From the NCBI RefSeq assembly GCF_009914755.1, contig NC_060926.1: a stretch of 64,000 bases of DNA. The stretch is one strand, 5' to 3'. Below, in pieces: positions 14,172 through 26,750 of this stretch (the stretch's first letter is position 1; each line of letters opens with the position of its first letter). Below the pieces are notes generated by a model. The model was not told the origin of the DNA. It did no database searches and saw only the letters and a list, made by a program, of their open reading frames with translations. Source of the stretch: the human T2T-CHM13v2.0 reference genome, Homo sapiens. Made by a program: the position numbers and the translations under genes.

Positions 14172-14259
14172 CTCTCCATTATATTTTACACCACCTCATT
14201 CATAGTAGGTGCTCAAGAACAATTATCCATAAAATCAAGTAGAAATAATAGAACCTTGG

Positions 14260-14400
14260 AGTCTCAACAACTCTGCAAGGTAGATATTCTGACCTTGGTT
14301 TTACAGAAGATTAGATTAAGTCACTTGCCTACATTAAATGACTTGTTCAAGGCCACCTAGCTGATAAGCTCCTGTGCCAATATTTGAATCTAGTCAGAAC
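14260..14400 (-). mobile_element. MIR SINE fragment
   Basis: tctcaacaactctgcaaggtagatatt..ttttacaga..aaatgacttgttcaaggccacctagct. Confidence 0.55.
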
Positions 14401-14607
14401 AGGGCTCTACAAGACGAGATATGAGTGATACTCCCTAATACTCTTCAGAAGCTAAATGATGAAATAGCAGAAATGAAAAGTAAAAATTTGCCAAAAATGT
14501 TTAGCCAATGGAAATTCAATTATTGTGACCACTTTAGAAATGGCAATGTTTTCAACTTGTGAATTCCTATTATTAAGATAAACAAAACTCTGAATCATAT
14601 AATCTAT

Positions 14608-14770
14608 AGTGACATTACCCAAATGTTAGTCCGTAGATTGTCTACATCATAATCACTGGAGGAGCTTTAAAAAATACATATTCCCAAGCTTCGCTCCTAG
14701 AGAATCTGAGTGAAAATGTACATTTAGAAAGCCTCCAGTGGTTATGCACAGACAGGTTTGAGAACCACTA
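14608..14770. mobile_element. MER5A (hAT-Charlie MITE)
   Basis: catcataatcactggaggagctttaaaaaatacatattccc..aagcctccagtggttatgcac..gtttgagaaccact. Confidence 0.7.
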
Positions 14771-15599
14771 GACCTAGTCACATTCCTAGGTTTAAGAACT
14801 TTTTAACTGAAGGAAATGTTGGAAGACATCTAGCCCCTTGGTGGCAATAGATTTCATCTTGAGGGCCAAAGGCAAACAATAAATAATGGCTGCTCAGAAA
14901 ATCAGCACAGACAGATTCCAAAACAGCGCCTAGGCCCAAGAGTAACAGATGATGTCCGACATGGATAAGGAGGTAGAAAGAGTCTCACTATGGTCCAAGC
15001 CCTTTATTTTCCAGCCCTGTATGCCCAAAAACATATATTTCAGTGACATGGGAATAAAACCCAGGCTTCCTCACTCCTAGTTTGGTGCTTTATTTATAAC
15101 AATTTCCATTATTCATAATAAGGCTTATCAGAAATGCTGGTTTCTAGAGTGCTTCTTGCTGGTATATGGCAGAAAAAGTCAACATTTACTTTATTTCAAA
15201 GATTAAGGCAAATCTGCCCTAATTGCTCCTACTCATCAATGCCTTGGCCACTTTAAAAGGCAAGTTGATTATTTTATTCCATTATTATCCATAAAATTTT
15301 AAAAACTGAGATCCCTTGAGAATTAAATATAGAAAAGTATGTGTTTTATTTTAAAAGTCCTACCACAGTTTCTGGCTTGAGTTTAAATTCATACTAAAGA
15401 ATATATGACTGATATAAGATCTTTTCTTAAGAACAGCTTTGATGAAAGTGTATAGCATGAAGAAAGAATGACCGGTACCTGAGAAGAAGAGGAAACATCA
15501 GTGAGGGAAGGGAAAGGCACAAGAGAGGGTGCTTGCGGTATGAAGGGAACCTGTCCACTTCACAATTGTGCTAAAATATCTATGATATGGTGAAGAAAA

Positions 15600-15800
15600 G
15601 TCAGAGAATGTGTCCTCTTCCATCTGGAGCTTTAGGCACTTTGCTTCTTTAGCATCAACATCCTCATCAGTAAAACATGGGTAATAACTCTTACCCCTCA
15701 GGGTTGTTCTCAGAATTCATCAAGAAAAACCTTAAGCTGCAGAAAGAGCCCAGTGCAGCTCCTAGCATATACAATTCCCCAGTAAATGTTTATTTAATCG
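15600..15800 (+). mobile_element. MIR SINE
   Basis: tcctcatcagtaaaacatgggtaataactcttacccctcagggttgtt..cagtaaatgttt. Confidence 0.6.
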
Positions 15801-17979
15801 ATATGCCAGGTATGGGCAGAAAACTTTGTATATACTGAAAAACCTCTCCATGAAAATTAGCATCAAGATCTGTTTAACCCAGGGCCCTATCTGAGATGAG
15901 ACCCCTGAGTCACCCAAGACAACACCCAAAGGGAGCGAACACAGGAGGTAACATTGTGTTATAGGCCCCAGAAGACAGGGCTAATCAGAGTATAGTACCC
16001 AGAGATGGGAAGGGCCTGGGAGACCAGTTTTACAGACAAGGAAACTCTAAACCACCCATGATCAGGAAGCATGACCCCTTGCCTTGTCCCAGCTTCTGTA
16101 AGCAGTGTCTGGGTGGCACCTTGGGAAAACATGTATTTCTGGCCCTGGAAGCCTCCATTTGTGGATTAAACACAAGGTTTTATAGGGAACTAAACATTTT
16201 GACTTCATTCCTTCTCCAGCATGTCTGCCAAATATTTCCAATAGGTACTTTTGAACAACACCTATTCTGAGGTGATATGGGTAAATTGCAAAAACATTAA
16301 TTTACTATTAACATAATTACAGGGTTTTTTCTCCTCTCTAGATTTTGTTTAGTGCTTGGGGCCAAATCCCTTTCACTCTCACAATACCTTCTTTGTTTTA
16401 AAAAGGAGATACTACAGTGTCTGGTTGGTGGGGGGAAAGTGCCCTTTGAAATTTCCTGTTATCACAGTCATAAGCTGTCTCTAATCAGAAGCAGCGCAAT
16501 AAATAGACACAAGGCTCCCTTAAAATGCCTACAGTCTGCTAAGAATTAAATGTCTTCCTTTGCGTGTCTCCTCAAAATATATTTTTAAATAGTTGCTCAG
16601 TCCTAAGCTTTCCCTAATAAGGTTTCATTTAAATAAATTTGGAAATATTTTCCTTCTTCTAGAGAAAGCCACTCTATTTGGAAATGTCAGATAAAAATAC
16701 ATGTACGTTATAAGGCTATCACCTATTTTCAGCGATGTTTTTTCAAGCTCTCGCTTTTCCTTTCTTTCTTTCTTTTTCCTCCTTCTGTTTGCTGTTCCCA
16801 GTAGCTTCTGGGAGCTTCCTCACCCAAGAGGACCAGGCTCATCAGATCACAAACAATTGCATCTGTTTTCCTGGCTGTAGCCATTATATGAACAAAACTG
16901 GCCCCCATTGTCCCATATAGCCCTCCTGAGTCGCCCTAGCTCTCCAAACTCCAGCCAGGGCCATGTGACTATATTGAAACCAACTTGCCCTTAACTTTGG
17001 AAAATTAGCCACTCTCCTCCTTGCTGTGCCATGTCAAAATTGAAGAGTAAACAGAGGTCCCCCCAATCCCCCTGATTGCATTAATCATTCAAATGACGTA
17101 TTAGCATTCTTCAGACTCTTCTGTTGTGCTTCTAAATTAACACCTCCAGGTTCAAGGGAATAGAAATTAACTGAATTATCTGGCAGCCCCAGATGTCCTA
17201 GCATGCTCTTCCTTCTTGCTGATTTAATATGCCTGAAGAACAGTTATGAGGCAGAAACACCGCTAATGGTCAAGAAATAATTTATGACATGTGTAACCAA
17301 TAGCCTTAGCCCTCCTCCCACATTCCAAAGTTGTCCAGATTCCAGGTGAACCCTGGTTACCATGGGGACCCCATTGCCATTGGGCATGGCCACCTTACTA
17401 AAGCTAGGAGTCCAACTGCCCAGGACCAGCTGCATAGACCCCAGAAGCAGAGCTCCAGAGCTGGCCTGAGGGGTCTGTCCCAGAGAGCAAGAGAGGGTGT
17501 GAGAGGAGAGCCTGTGGGATCCAAAAAGGGGCCTCTCTGGTACTTCCCAGCTCTGGCCATGAGCAACCTTCTTGTCGAGGCATGAAAAGGATCAGCGATT
17601 GATTCCACAGAGCTGTGGAAGGGCTTTTTAGAACATTGATGTAATCCTTCACAACAGAAGCCAGTTTCCCTTGGGGGTTAATCCTGTCATTTGGGAGTGT
17701 CTCCAGGGCATTAAGCCATAATTGCTTGCGTAACTCCGAGAGGCAAACAGGAAGCTGGAGCACACATTCATTCAGAAGCTTCCTAGAGCAGGCAGGTCCC
17801 GTCCTTGGCATTGCAGCTCCTTCCAGACCAAAGCGCCATGGCCCATCCATTCTGAAGGGTGTCCCCCAAAAAGAAGGAAGCCTGAGAGCCCACAAAGGAA
17901 TCTCACCCCTATCCTGGCTCCCAGCTGCCTGGCTGTCCCCAAGCTAGGAGTAGGGAGATGAGGATCAGGGGAGGGTCAA

Positions 17980-18660
17980 CACGAGGCGTCACCTGCACCG
18001 AGGGGCCTCACAATAACAGGCAGAAATGCAAACGCTTTCGCCATGCCTTGGTGGGAACTGAAACATCAGATGTTTATTAAATGCCATAGCGGTGGCGACT
18101 ACTTTGCACAGTGAGCCCAGAAGTGTATGCTGTCACTTTAAAAAAAATTGAGCCGATGCCAGGCTAGTCATGGTAATGCTCCCATGGCATGATTAGATTC
18201 ATGCCCAGGGTTGTATTTGCATATGATATTCAGGGCATGATTTTTTTATTGTTCTTAATCAGAGCCGAATGTCAACAAAATAAATGAAGTTGCGAGTTGA
18301 AGTGAAATTTTTATCACATCAGGGATGTGCTTTTTCTCCCATTTATCACAGCCCATATTGAGAGAGTGAAATTTTTTGAAAATGTGGTAATCAATGGAAG
18401 AGCTCCATATGGCAGGGATCAAAGGTGTTACATAGTGTGTGGTTCTGCTTTATTGCCAGCCAGTACTGTTAATTGGACAACAAGATCAGAGGCAATATTA
18501 AAATCCAATTAAATTGATATGAACAGATTGCCAAGTGATGTACACTAATGTATAATTGAGTATCAAGCGAATGCAAGTCCCCGTCTTCTGCTTCTACCTC
18601 CTGAATAAATGATGGCGCCATAGAGGACAGAAACAAGTTTGCACATTAGCTGCACAGCTC
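17980..18660. promoter_or_regulatory. Putative highly conserved non-coding element / developmental enhancer
   Basis: Repeat-free, AT-rich, retained CpGs. Octamer ATTTGCAT at 18215-18222, bHLH CCATATGG at 18405-18412, TCF/LEF GATCAAAG at 18417-18424, many TAAT/TAATTG cores. Conservation is inferred, not measured. Confidence 0.65.
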
Positions 18661-18869
18661 TGGGCTCTCATTTGTTACTTTCAGAGTTGATGACTTTTGG
18701 TTTTCCTCCTAGTCTGTCTTAAAGAGACAGGCCCATTCCCTGTCCCCCAAGCCCCCACCCTTTACCCCCCACCTGGGGTGGGTTTTCTTCCCCGAAATCA
18801 TTTTCCCCTTTCGGGGCCTGGAAATGAAACCCATGTTTCATATGCTTCATTACATGTCTATTATATAGC

Positions 18870-19900
18870 AGGTCTTAAAGAGCAGTGCATTGATAATATA
18901 TTGTGCTAGTTGTAAATGATCTGTCCATCTGGAGCGGCACGCTAACACATTTCTAATGCCGTTTCCCAGATATAAATTATAGCAGAATGTTTCTCAAGCT
19001 GAAAGGAAAGAGAAAGCAAGCAAGCAAAGCCCTGAATGAACACTGTCAGAATACCTCGGCACACAAAGGAGGGCCGGAGCCGCAGGTGAAAGAGTTGTCT
19101 GGGATGTGGATCCCCGGAGTGGATCCTGTGGCCCAAGCTCCTGACTGGTTACCAGCAGGAGCTGAAGTGGGCCTCCATTCATTCGTCTCCAAACAAGGCC
19201 GGGAAGGGACAGATCGAGAGGAAAGCAGGCCCTCCCACTCAATTAGAGCAATTAGCTCACAGGCCGTACAGGGGCCAGGCCTGGCTGAATGGGATCCCCC
19301 AGCCCCACCGTTTGTTATCCGAGCTGAGCTCACACAAATTAATGAGGAGAGGGAATGAGGAAAGCCAAGGGCTGTTGCTGGCAAACACTCTGGGGGCCTC
19401 GTCCCTTCCTCCTGCAAGAACAGCCCCAGATTACCCCCAACAATAAAACCTGTTAACTTATACAACTTTGCTTAAGAAACAAGCCTGATGGGACGTTGGC
19501 AGACTTCCCTGCTGCCAACCGAGAACTATTGCGGGCAGCCGCGGGCTTCTCAGGACTTAAGCGCATGATGGAATGGTAAACGAGGGAGCAGACTGTTTAT
19601 TCCAGCAGCCAGATTGTTTCTGGCCATAAAGTTCTGTGTTTGGAAAGTTGTTTTTTTTTTTCTCCCCGGTATATTACCAAAAAAAAAAAGGGGGGGAGAA
19701 GAGGGTGGAGAAAGAGGTACTGAGCAAAGATTATGTTTTATTTTTTATTCAAGCTGTTCCAAAAAAAGCATCGACCTTCCTGGGTTTAAATGGACTCTGC
19801 TAATAAATACATAAGCCCATTTCAGTATTGCAGAAAAGGGAAAGGAAGAAGGAAGCGAGTCCAAGCTGGAGCAAGGAGGAGCGGTGTTATTAAAACAAAT
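18870..19900. promoter_or_regulatory. Putative enhancer-like unique block with retained CpGs
   Basis: CpG retention (e.g. ttgcgggcagccgcgggc near 19529-19546), paired caattag homeobox cores near 19240-19256, gccataaa and taataaa Hox/Cdx-like sites; no repeats. Confidence 0.4.
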
Positions 19901-20674
19901 TCTAAGGAATGAGGTTTCAACTAGTTTGGAATTTGAGTTGCAAAATTAGGCACATTTCAAGTTTTGATCAAATATTTATGTTTCTTTACAAATAGGTACA
20001 CACTTTAAGAGATTAGATTTTATTCGTGGGCCTTAAAAAAACTGAGATGATATCTACACTCATAAACCAGTTTCAATTGTATTTTTTGGCTTATATTAGT
20101 CAAAACAAGTGGCAGATTCCTGGTCAGTAGCTACTTACTAAGCAACTGATAAATCAAAATGATGTTTTGCTTTCTTTTCCCCAAACCCTCCTGACTTAGG
20201 TCCAAACAGCCTCATATTTGCAGTTCACCTTGAAAGTGGAGCAAAGAGAAACTCCAAGTGGAGGCAGACCTACCACACACCTAGCAACACCGTTGAAACC
20301 TGGGATTCTGCCCCCACAAACCACAACAGATAAAGCCGGTGAAGGCTGGCGTCCTATTAAGTGAGGAAAGCAAGACCAGACTGTCTTTTGCCTAGAGCAG
20401 AAGTGTGCTTTTTAATAAGGCAGGCAGCTCAGGGCTGTAACTCCTCTCTGTAGCAAGAGTTTCCCCACAGGTAACAGAAGGATGGGCTCTCTAGCATGGT
20501 ACTCAAGGTCTCTTGGAATTAGGGTGGAGCAGTTTCTAGAAGCTGCTGTTTTACCTGAATTTCATGGTGCCTACTTGCGCATACTGTGAGCACTGGGTTG
20601 CCAAAAGCAGCTCTAAGATGGGAGGAAGCAAGGAAAGACCCTGAAATATCTTTTTTTTTTTTTTTCACATTATG

Positions 20675-20759
20675 GATGGATGTGTAGCATGAGAATAAAG
20701 TCACAGATGTTTGGGGTAGTTTGTTACTTCAGCATAACCTAATCCCCCGACAGATACAA
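20675..20759 (+). mobile_element. MLT1K/L-type LTR 3' end fragment (near-copy of 22146-22231)
   Basis: tttgttacttcagcataacctaat..gacagataca, an MLT1 terminus. Confidence 0.6.
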
Positions 20760-20949
20760 TGAACTTAATATTTTAGCAAAATAAATTGAGTAGTCTGCAA
20801 CAAACAAAAAGTACGTTGTTTATCTTGAAACAACGTCAGCCTCACTTGGTAACAGTGCCCCAATATTTCTGGACCTGTTCTGGTGCTCAAAATGTGGAAA
20901 ATCAAAACATCTGAAGAACTGGGTGATACTGATCAGAACAGCTCCTACA

Positions 20950-21150
20950 GTAGAACTGCTCTTGGTGCCCATCACTGTGCAGTGCATTTCAGAACCTTTC
21001 TTCTTTCACTCATCACAACCTGCAAAGTAAGAGACATTATGCTCGTATTTTCAGAGGAAGCAACTGAATCTCAGAGACGTTAAGTAACTTTCCAGAAGTC
21101 ACACAGGGAACGAGACAAAACTGAAATTTAAATACAGACCTACCTAAATT
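20950..21150 (-). mobile_element. MIR SINE
   Basis: caactgaatctcagagacgttaagtaactttccagaagtcacacag. Confidence 0.75.
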
Positions 21151-21710
21151 TAATCTATATTTTTTTCTTACTTTTGTCCTACACAATCCAGCCTCCCACA
21201 GTTGCTTCATAGAAAAGATCAGTCATTCCAAAGTCTATTTAAACTATAAACTTGAACCCATCACCACATGGAGACCTGGATTCAAGATGCTTAAAGAAAT
21301 GACAGTTATTCCTGAAAAGACCAAGGAGAGTCTCATAGGTGGTTCTGAAGGCAATGCATTAGGAATCTGGGGCCCTGGGTGTCAGGATTTTTGCTAACAC
21401 ATATTATGGCTGTGAGTAAGTCACTTCCACTCTATGTTCTACTTCCTCTAGAAACAGTGGCACCAGCAACCTACCTGTTCTCTTAAATGCAGATTTGTTT
21501 TAAACACTGAAATCACTTTAAATTCTTCAGGGAAGAAAACAATCTAACCAAATCACCATTATTATCATATATCTATGTTGTAATGATCAGGACCATTCTC
21601 ATTCATTCTGATTTTCTTCCTTCCAGGAAACATGAAAGGATTTGAAATTAAGTGTGGCCATGTATTTTTGGACAACACAGAAAGTGGTTAAGTGTCTCTC
21701 CCGATAGAAC

Positions 21711-22003
<293 letters not shown>

Positions 22004-22009
22004 CTGATA

Positions 22010-22231
22010 GGAGATTTAAGAGCCAGCATGCTTCATTACACACTTTCCCCTTATGGCAATGATATGGGAGAACATATTGAAATTGAGCCTCCATCAGCTT
22101 AAATCCTTGTGTGACTATAATGAGCAGGGCCTCTCTGCGACCCATGATGGATATATAACATGACAGTAAAGTCAGAGATGTTCAGGGTACTTTGTTACTG
22201 CAGCATAACTTAGTCCCCCTGACAGATACAA
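22010..22231 (+). mobile_element. MLT1K/L (ERVL-MaLR) LTR 3' portion
   Basis: gagcctccatcagctt..gtgactataatgagcag..tttgttactgcagcataacttag..gacagataca. Confidence 0.65.
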
Positions 22232-23354
22232 ATCCCACAGAGAGTATCAACAGGAGAAAGCAGGCTAGAAAGTAAAGGCATTGAATGAAGAAAATCCAGT
22301 CTTTTAAGAAATATTTATTAAGCACCTATTTTTATCACTGGGTGTGCTAGTGTGCTAGAGATACAGTATTCTTCCTAAATTGGGAAATCCAAAAGAGCAT
22401 TCTGTATAGAAAAATACATGCATATGTATGTATTATTATAGATATGTTTATTACGTATTATGTGATTTGAAATTGGAAAAGTATTTGCCTTCGACAGATA
22501 TTTTTATTATCAAAATCTATTTGTAGTCTACAGAAAAAAAAAAAAATTCCCCCCAAAAGCATCCACAAATCTACCTCTCAAGTGAATCTGCTTAGTTGGT
22601 TCCTTCTCTTTGATTCTCTGTGGTTATTCATTTGTAGATGTATGGCTAACTACACCTAAAAGAGAGAAGACTGTAACCTAGGTGTATTAAAACATTGCAG
22701 GCTGGTGAGCATTTCTATAAACTTCTTCTAAAGGCTAATATTAAAGATCAAGATTATAAAAGAAATAGATTACTCCTCCCCATGGGGATCCCATCTTTAT
22801 TACCACTTAGGGCCAAATAAATAAATAAGTAAACTTGAGGTTTCCCCCATTTAATAGAGTTTACATAAAGTTCAGTTTTGTTTGGGAGAAAAACAATTGT
22901 CCATTGTAATGAGTTCATGCTACGTGTGGCTTGGTTCTCCTTTCCATCTCTTATGGGCTTCCCTTCCCTGTGCCAGTGAGGTTTTCACATTGGTAAGCAG
23001 TGGCTGGCATTCCATCATAAATAACCTAACAGCATGCAGTGTAAAACCTTAGAAAAAGCTTTTTTAGGAAACTTGGCAAGAAAAATGTTATGTGAGAAAA
23101 TGTCAAATACCATAGTCCCATGGCGATTTTTTCAATTCTTTTCCATTTTTATAATTGTTTATGAAATTGAAGTTTTCCATAATTAAGCTTTTCCATACAT
23201 TAAATAGAAATTCATTTTTGTAAATATAAATATATATATATACACACACACACAGGCACATACACATATGTATGTTTGTGTATATATATACATTTAAAAG
23301 GCAAGTTGAAGAGTATGTGCTGTTGAAGAGTACGTGCTCAGGACCAAGAAAAAC

Positions 23355-23510
23355 ACCGCGGAGTGGTCAGAAGCAGCACGATGTTGGGAAAAGCCCCAGC
23401 TCAGCTACTCTCAATCTCTGTCCTTACGGCAAATCCCTTCACCTCTCTGGGCTTCTGCCATCTCACTTACAAAACAAGGAGATCTTGCCAGATGCTTTCA
23501 AATGCCCCTT
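23355..23510 (+). mobile_element. MIR/MIR3 fragment
   Basis: ggagtggtcagaagcagcac..ggcaaatcccttcacctctctgggcttc..acaaaacaagg..ccagatgctttc. Confidence 0.5.
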
Positions 23511-24703
23511 CTTGCTCGTCCATCCATGGATCCATTCCTAATGCTGCTTCCAGTTTGTAAATGTTATTGGGTAAATTGAAAGTCTGTGTGGCTAGGATTC
23601 CAACTGGGTAGAAATATGTCAGCCAACAGCAAAAAGGGAAAACTCAAACATGAAGAAGTTATGATATCAGAATGGTGAAATGGCGGAAGATGTTTCTGTT
23701 TTCCCAAACTTGCTCAGTGTTATTGCTATATTACTTTTTACAATTTTATAAATCAATAAACATTAAATAAAGAGAACAGTCTGTGTAGAGGGCAGTATTA
23801 ATAATTACTCTCAAAGAATGTCAACACATGAACACAAACCCTTCCTTATCTTTATAGGCACACAATATATTTACTATACACCAAATCAATATGATTATCA
23901 GCTCTAATTTTCAATAGCAAAATTTTCTTAAGCAACACAATTTATTTGCCTACAGATGTCAGGTAAATTCATTTGGCAAGCACTTTTGTTATTCAATTGT
24001 CTGCTTTGGCATCATGGGCACTATAATAAATTTCTAATGTCATCCCACCTCACCCTGGCCACCCATGCACATGTGCTTATAGACATGACAAAGTTGGCAT
24101 TCTCAGGTTAATACTTATACCAAAGGTCATAAAAATCATGTTAAGCAGAAGTGCCCAGGGAATTTGGGTCTCTCTCTATTACCTTATTCTCTCTAGATTT
24201 TTGACAACATAATATGATTACATAATAAGTCAGGGCAGGAAGTAAAGGAGACACCATTCCAGAAACCCAGGTGAAGCCCCCATGGAGCCACCTGAGTTGC
24301 ATATCCAACCTGTGTGTAAAGTCAGGGAGGAAAACACTGTTGAGCCCCGAAAATTCCCACTCACTTCCCCGCTCCACTCCCACCCAACCAAAAGCAGTTT
24401 CTTCCATGGGAGAAATTATGCAACTGAGAAAATGATATGTTCTCCATAGCATTACACACTGATGTTAACAAATGAATTATTTTAACCAACAAAAAACTTG
24501 GTGGTCCACAGAATCGCTTCCTCCTCAGTGCATTCTTACTTTCTCAAAATGACACCAAGTAGTGTCTTTTTGACCCTGGCTATAAGAAGTCAAGATTTCA
24601 AACCATCTTTCCTTCAGAATATTTGAAGTTTTCACGTGACTTCTACATCCCACAAACCAGCTCACCAGAAATGCAGGCTCAGTCAGTGGCTCTAAAACCT
24701 TAC

Positions 24704-24740
24704 CTGAAGGATCTCAAGTCTGGTTGCTGCCAATACTTCC
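24704..24740 (-). other. Candidate 37-nt exon (splice sites only)
   Basis: Minus strand: ttttctttcttcttgaacctcAG | ggaagtattggcagcaaccagacttgagatccttcag | GTaagg. Confidence 0.25.
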
Positions 24741-25184
24741 CTGAGGTTCAAGAAGAAAGAAAATGCAACTGACACACCCCCACCACCTCCAAAGTGAGAC
24801 TTCGGCATTGATAGGTATCCTCCTACCTCAACAAAATAAAACTGCACAGAGCAGAAAGCCAACTGGAAGCCTTGGCAACAACCGAAAGAGTGAGACAACC
24901 ACTCTACAGAATTTTCCTCCTCACAAGCTTCACTCATTCTCTTTTTGAAGGCGGTTCCTGTTTTCTCCTCCAGCTGGTAATCCAGCTTTTGCAATAGACA
25001 AACAAACATTATTTGTAAATCTCTTGTCTTGTCACATTTTAGAAAATCCTTAGTCCATCTAAGATTGGGAGATCCTTAAACTAGGCAGGGAACTGTGAAG
25101 GGAGGCAATAACTGGAACAAAAAGTGCCTGAGAATCACTGAGGCCATGTGCTACATTGCCCAAGTACCTCATAGAAATTACTTA

Positions 25185-25575
25185 CCTTGACTCTGAAGCC
25201 AAGGTATTGGGTTCTAATCTCAGCTCTGCCGCTTATCAGCTTGTAATCTTGAGCAATTTATTTCCTAACTCTATGTCTGTTTTTTTCACTCGTGTAATGG
25301 AGATAATAATAGTGCCTTTTCCATTGGATCCCTGTGAAGATTAAAGGAATACTTATAATAGTAGCAGAACATGGTAACTATTACATATTAACTATTATTG
25401 TTGCCAGTTAGCCATTGTATGTCTTTGGATAAGCAATCACTGCACCTCCTTGAGTCTCCATGTACCAAATGAAATTAATAATATCCTTATCCATCCAACT
25501 TACCTCACAGGGTTATTGAAAAGATCAAATAACCTAATTGAGGTGAAAAGTTCTTTAGGATGGAAAAACACTTCA
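25185..25575 (+). mobile_element. Two adjacent MIR SINE copies
   Basis: gactctgaagcc..gggttctaatctcagctctgccgctta..gtaatggagataataatagtgcc, and a second core acctcacagggttattgaaaagatcaaat. Confidence 0.7.
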
Positions 25576-26499
25576 CAGTAATATCTGTAATATATTGCTT
25601 TTTAATATAATAATATTATACCTCAGCTGATTAAAACAAAGTTCTTCATTTTGAAGGAATTAAAAGAGAAAAAGAATAATCCTGGATTGGCCAGAAACTC
25701 CATCATGGGCTAAGGTGAGGGGACGACTTTCAAGAGAACATACCAGCCTTGATTTTACTTCCAGTAATACATCTTACCCCCGGTCTATGGAATGAATTGG
25801 GGGAATATGATTAATCCGCATCACTATGGCTCTATGGCAAGTCACTTGTGTTTGTTCTGAGTGGCAAGACAATATAGTTTCTGGTCAATTCTGTCTTACT
25901 ACAAGAGTCCTCTAAAATCAGAAATGTTTTGGGCACTGCTAGTAATTTCTAGGCCATGCAATTTCTGACCCCAATAACTGTCACAGGGGATTGGCAGATG
26001 CTGCTGTTAGAACTGCCCAGTCCCAATAGCTAGCCAGGCCAGATGATTATTTGGAGTTCAGGCCTCACAGGCAAGCCACCAGCTCTCCCTGAATATTGGT
26101 TGGACTGAACTTTTGGATTAAACGACCAGTTGTGCCAATGCCAGGTGAACATGGTTGGAAGCAATGAGATGCCAAATGAATCAACTCCATGGGCACTCCT
26201 AGTCAACAGCTGAATGCATCGTCCATGTTTTTATTCTGTCGACCCGATGCCTTGCTAACACACACCCTTGACCATATAACTGTGTGTCTTCTTCTTACCA
26301 CCCTCTCCATTTCTTCCTCCCTAAAGTGCTATGTCTTGGGCTATCAGTCTCATTTCCACTCTTCTGAACCCACTTCCATTTCCACACTGTCCATGTGGTT
26401 CTCAATAATTGGAGTTACTCCTCCTCCTAAAAAATTCATATTTCTCTCTCTCTAATTCACCGTGCATAGAAAGACAACTTTACTATTACATATTTATGA

Positions 26500-26750
26500 A
26501 AATAATAATAATAAAAACTGACATTTATTGAGTTTAATCTCAGCTGGGCATTGGTCTCAGTACTTTACATAAATTATCTCACATAATCCCAGAAGAAGTC
26601 TATGATGTGAGTACTATTATTTTTCTTTTTTATGGATGTATAGACTAAGGCATATAGATGTGCTGAAGGCCATACAACATGCATGTGGGACATCCAGATA
26701 CTGGTAGAACCAGGATATGAGCACAGGAAGCCTGATTCACAGAGCTGCAG
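26500..26750 (-). mobile_element. MIR SINE
   Basis: aataataataaaaactgacatttattgag..tactttacataaattatctc..gtagaaccaggatatgagcacagg. Confidence 0.65.

Noticed and set aside
14120-14188. Repeat-spacer-repeat (17/35/17 bp) resembling a minimal CRISPR unit
   Set aside because: Eukaryotic context, only two repeats and no cas genes; explained as a TSD around a tRNA-derived insert.
18083-18100. CTCF-like gccatagcggtggcgac
   Set aside because: Only the 3' half matches the CTCF core.
17244-19465. ORFs of 123-163 aa in the unique block
   Set aside because: No recognisable domain, overlapping on both strands, and no convincing exon structure; better explained as non-coding regulatory DNA.
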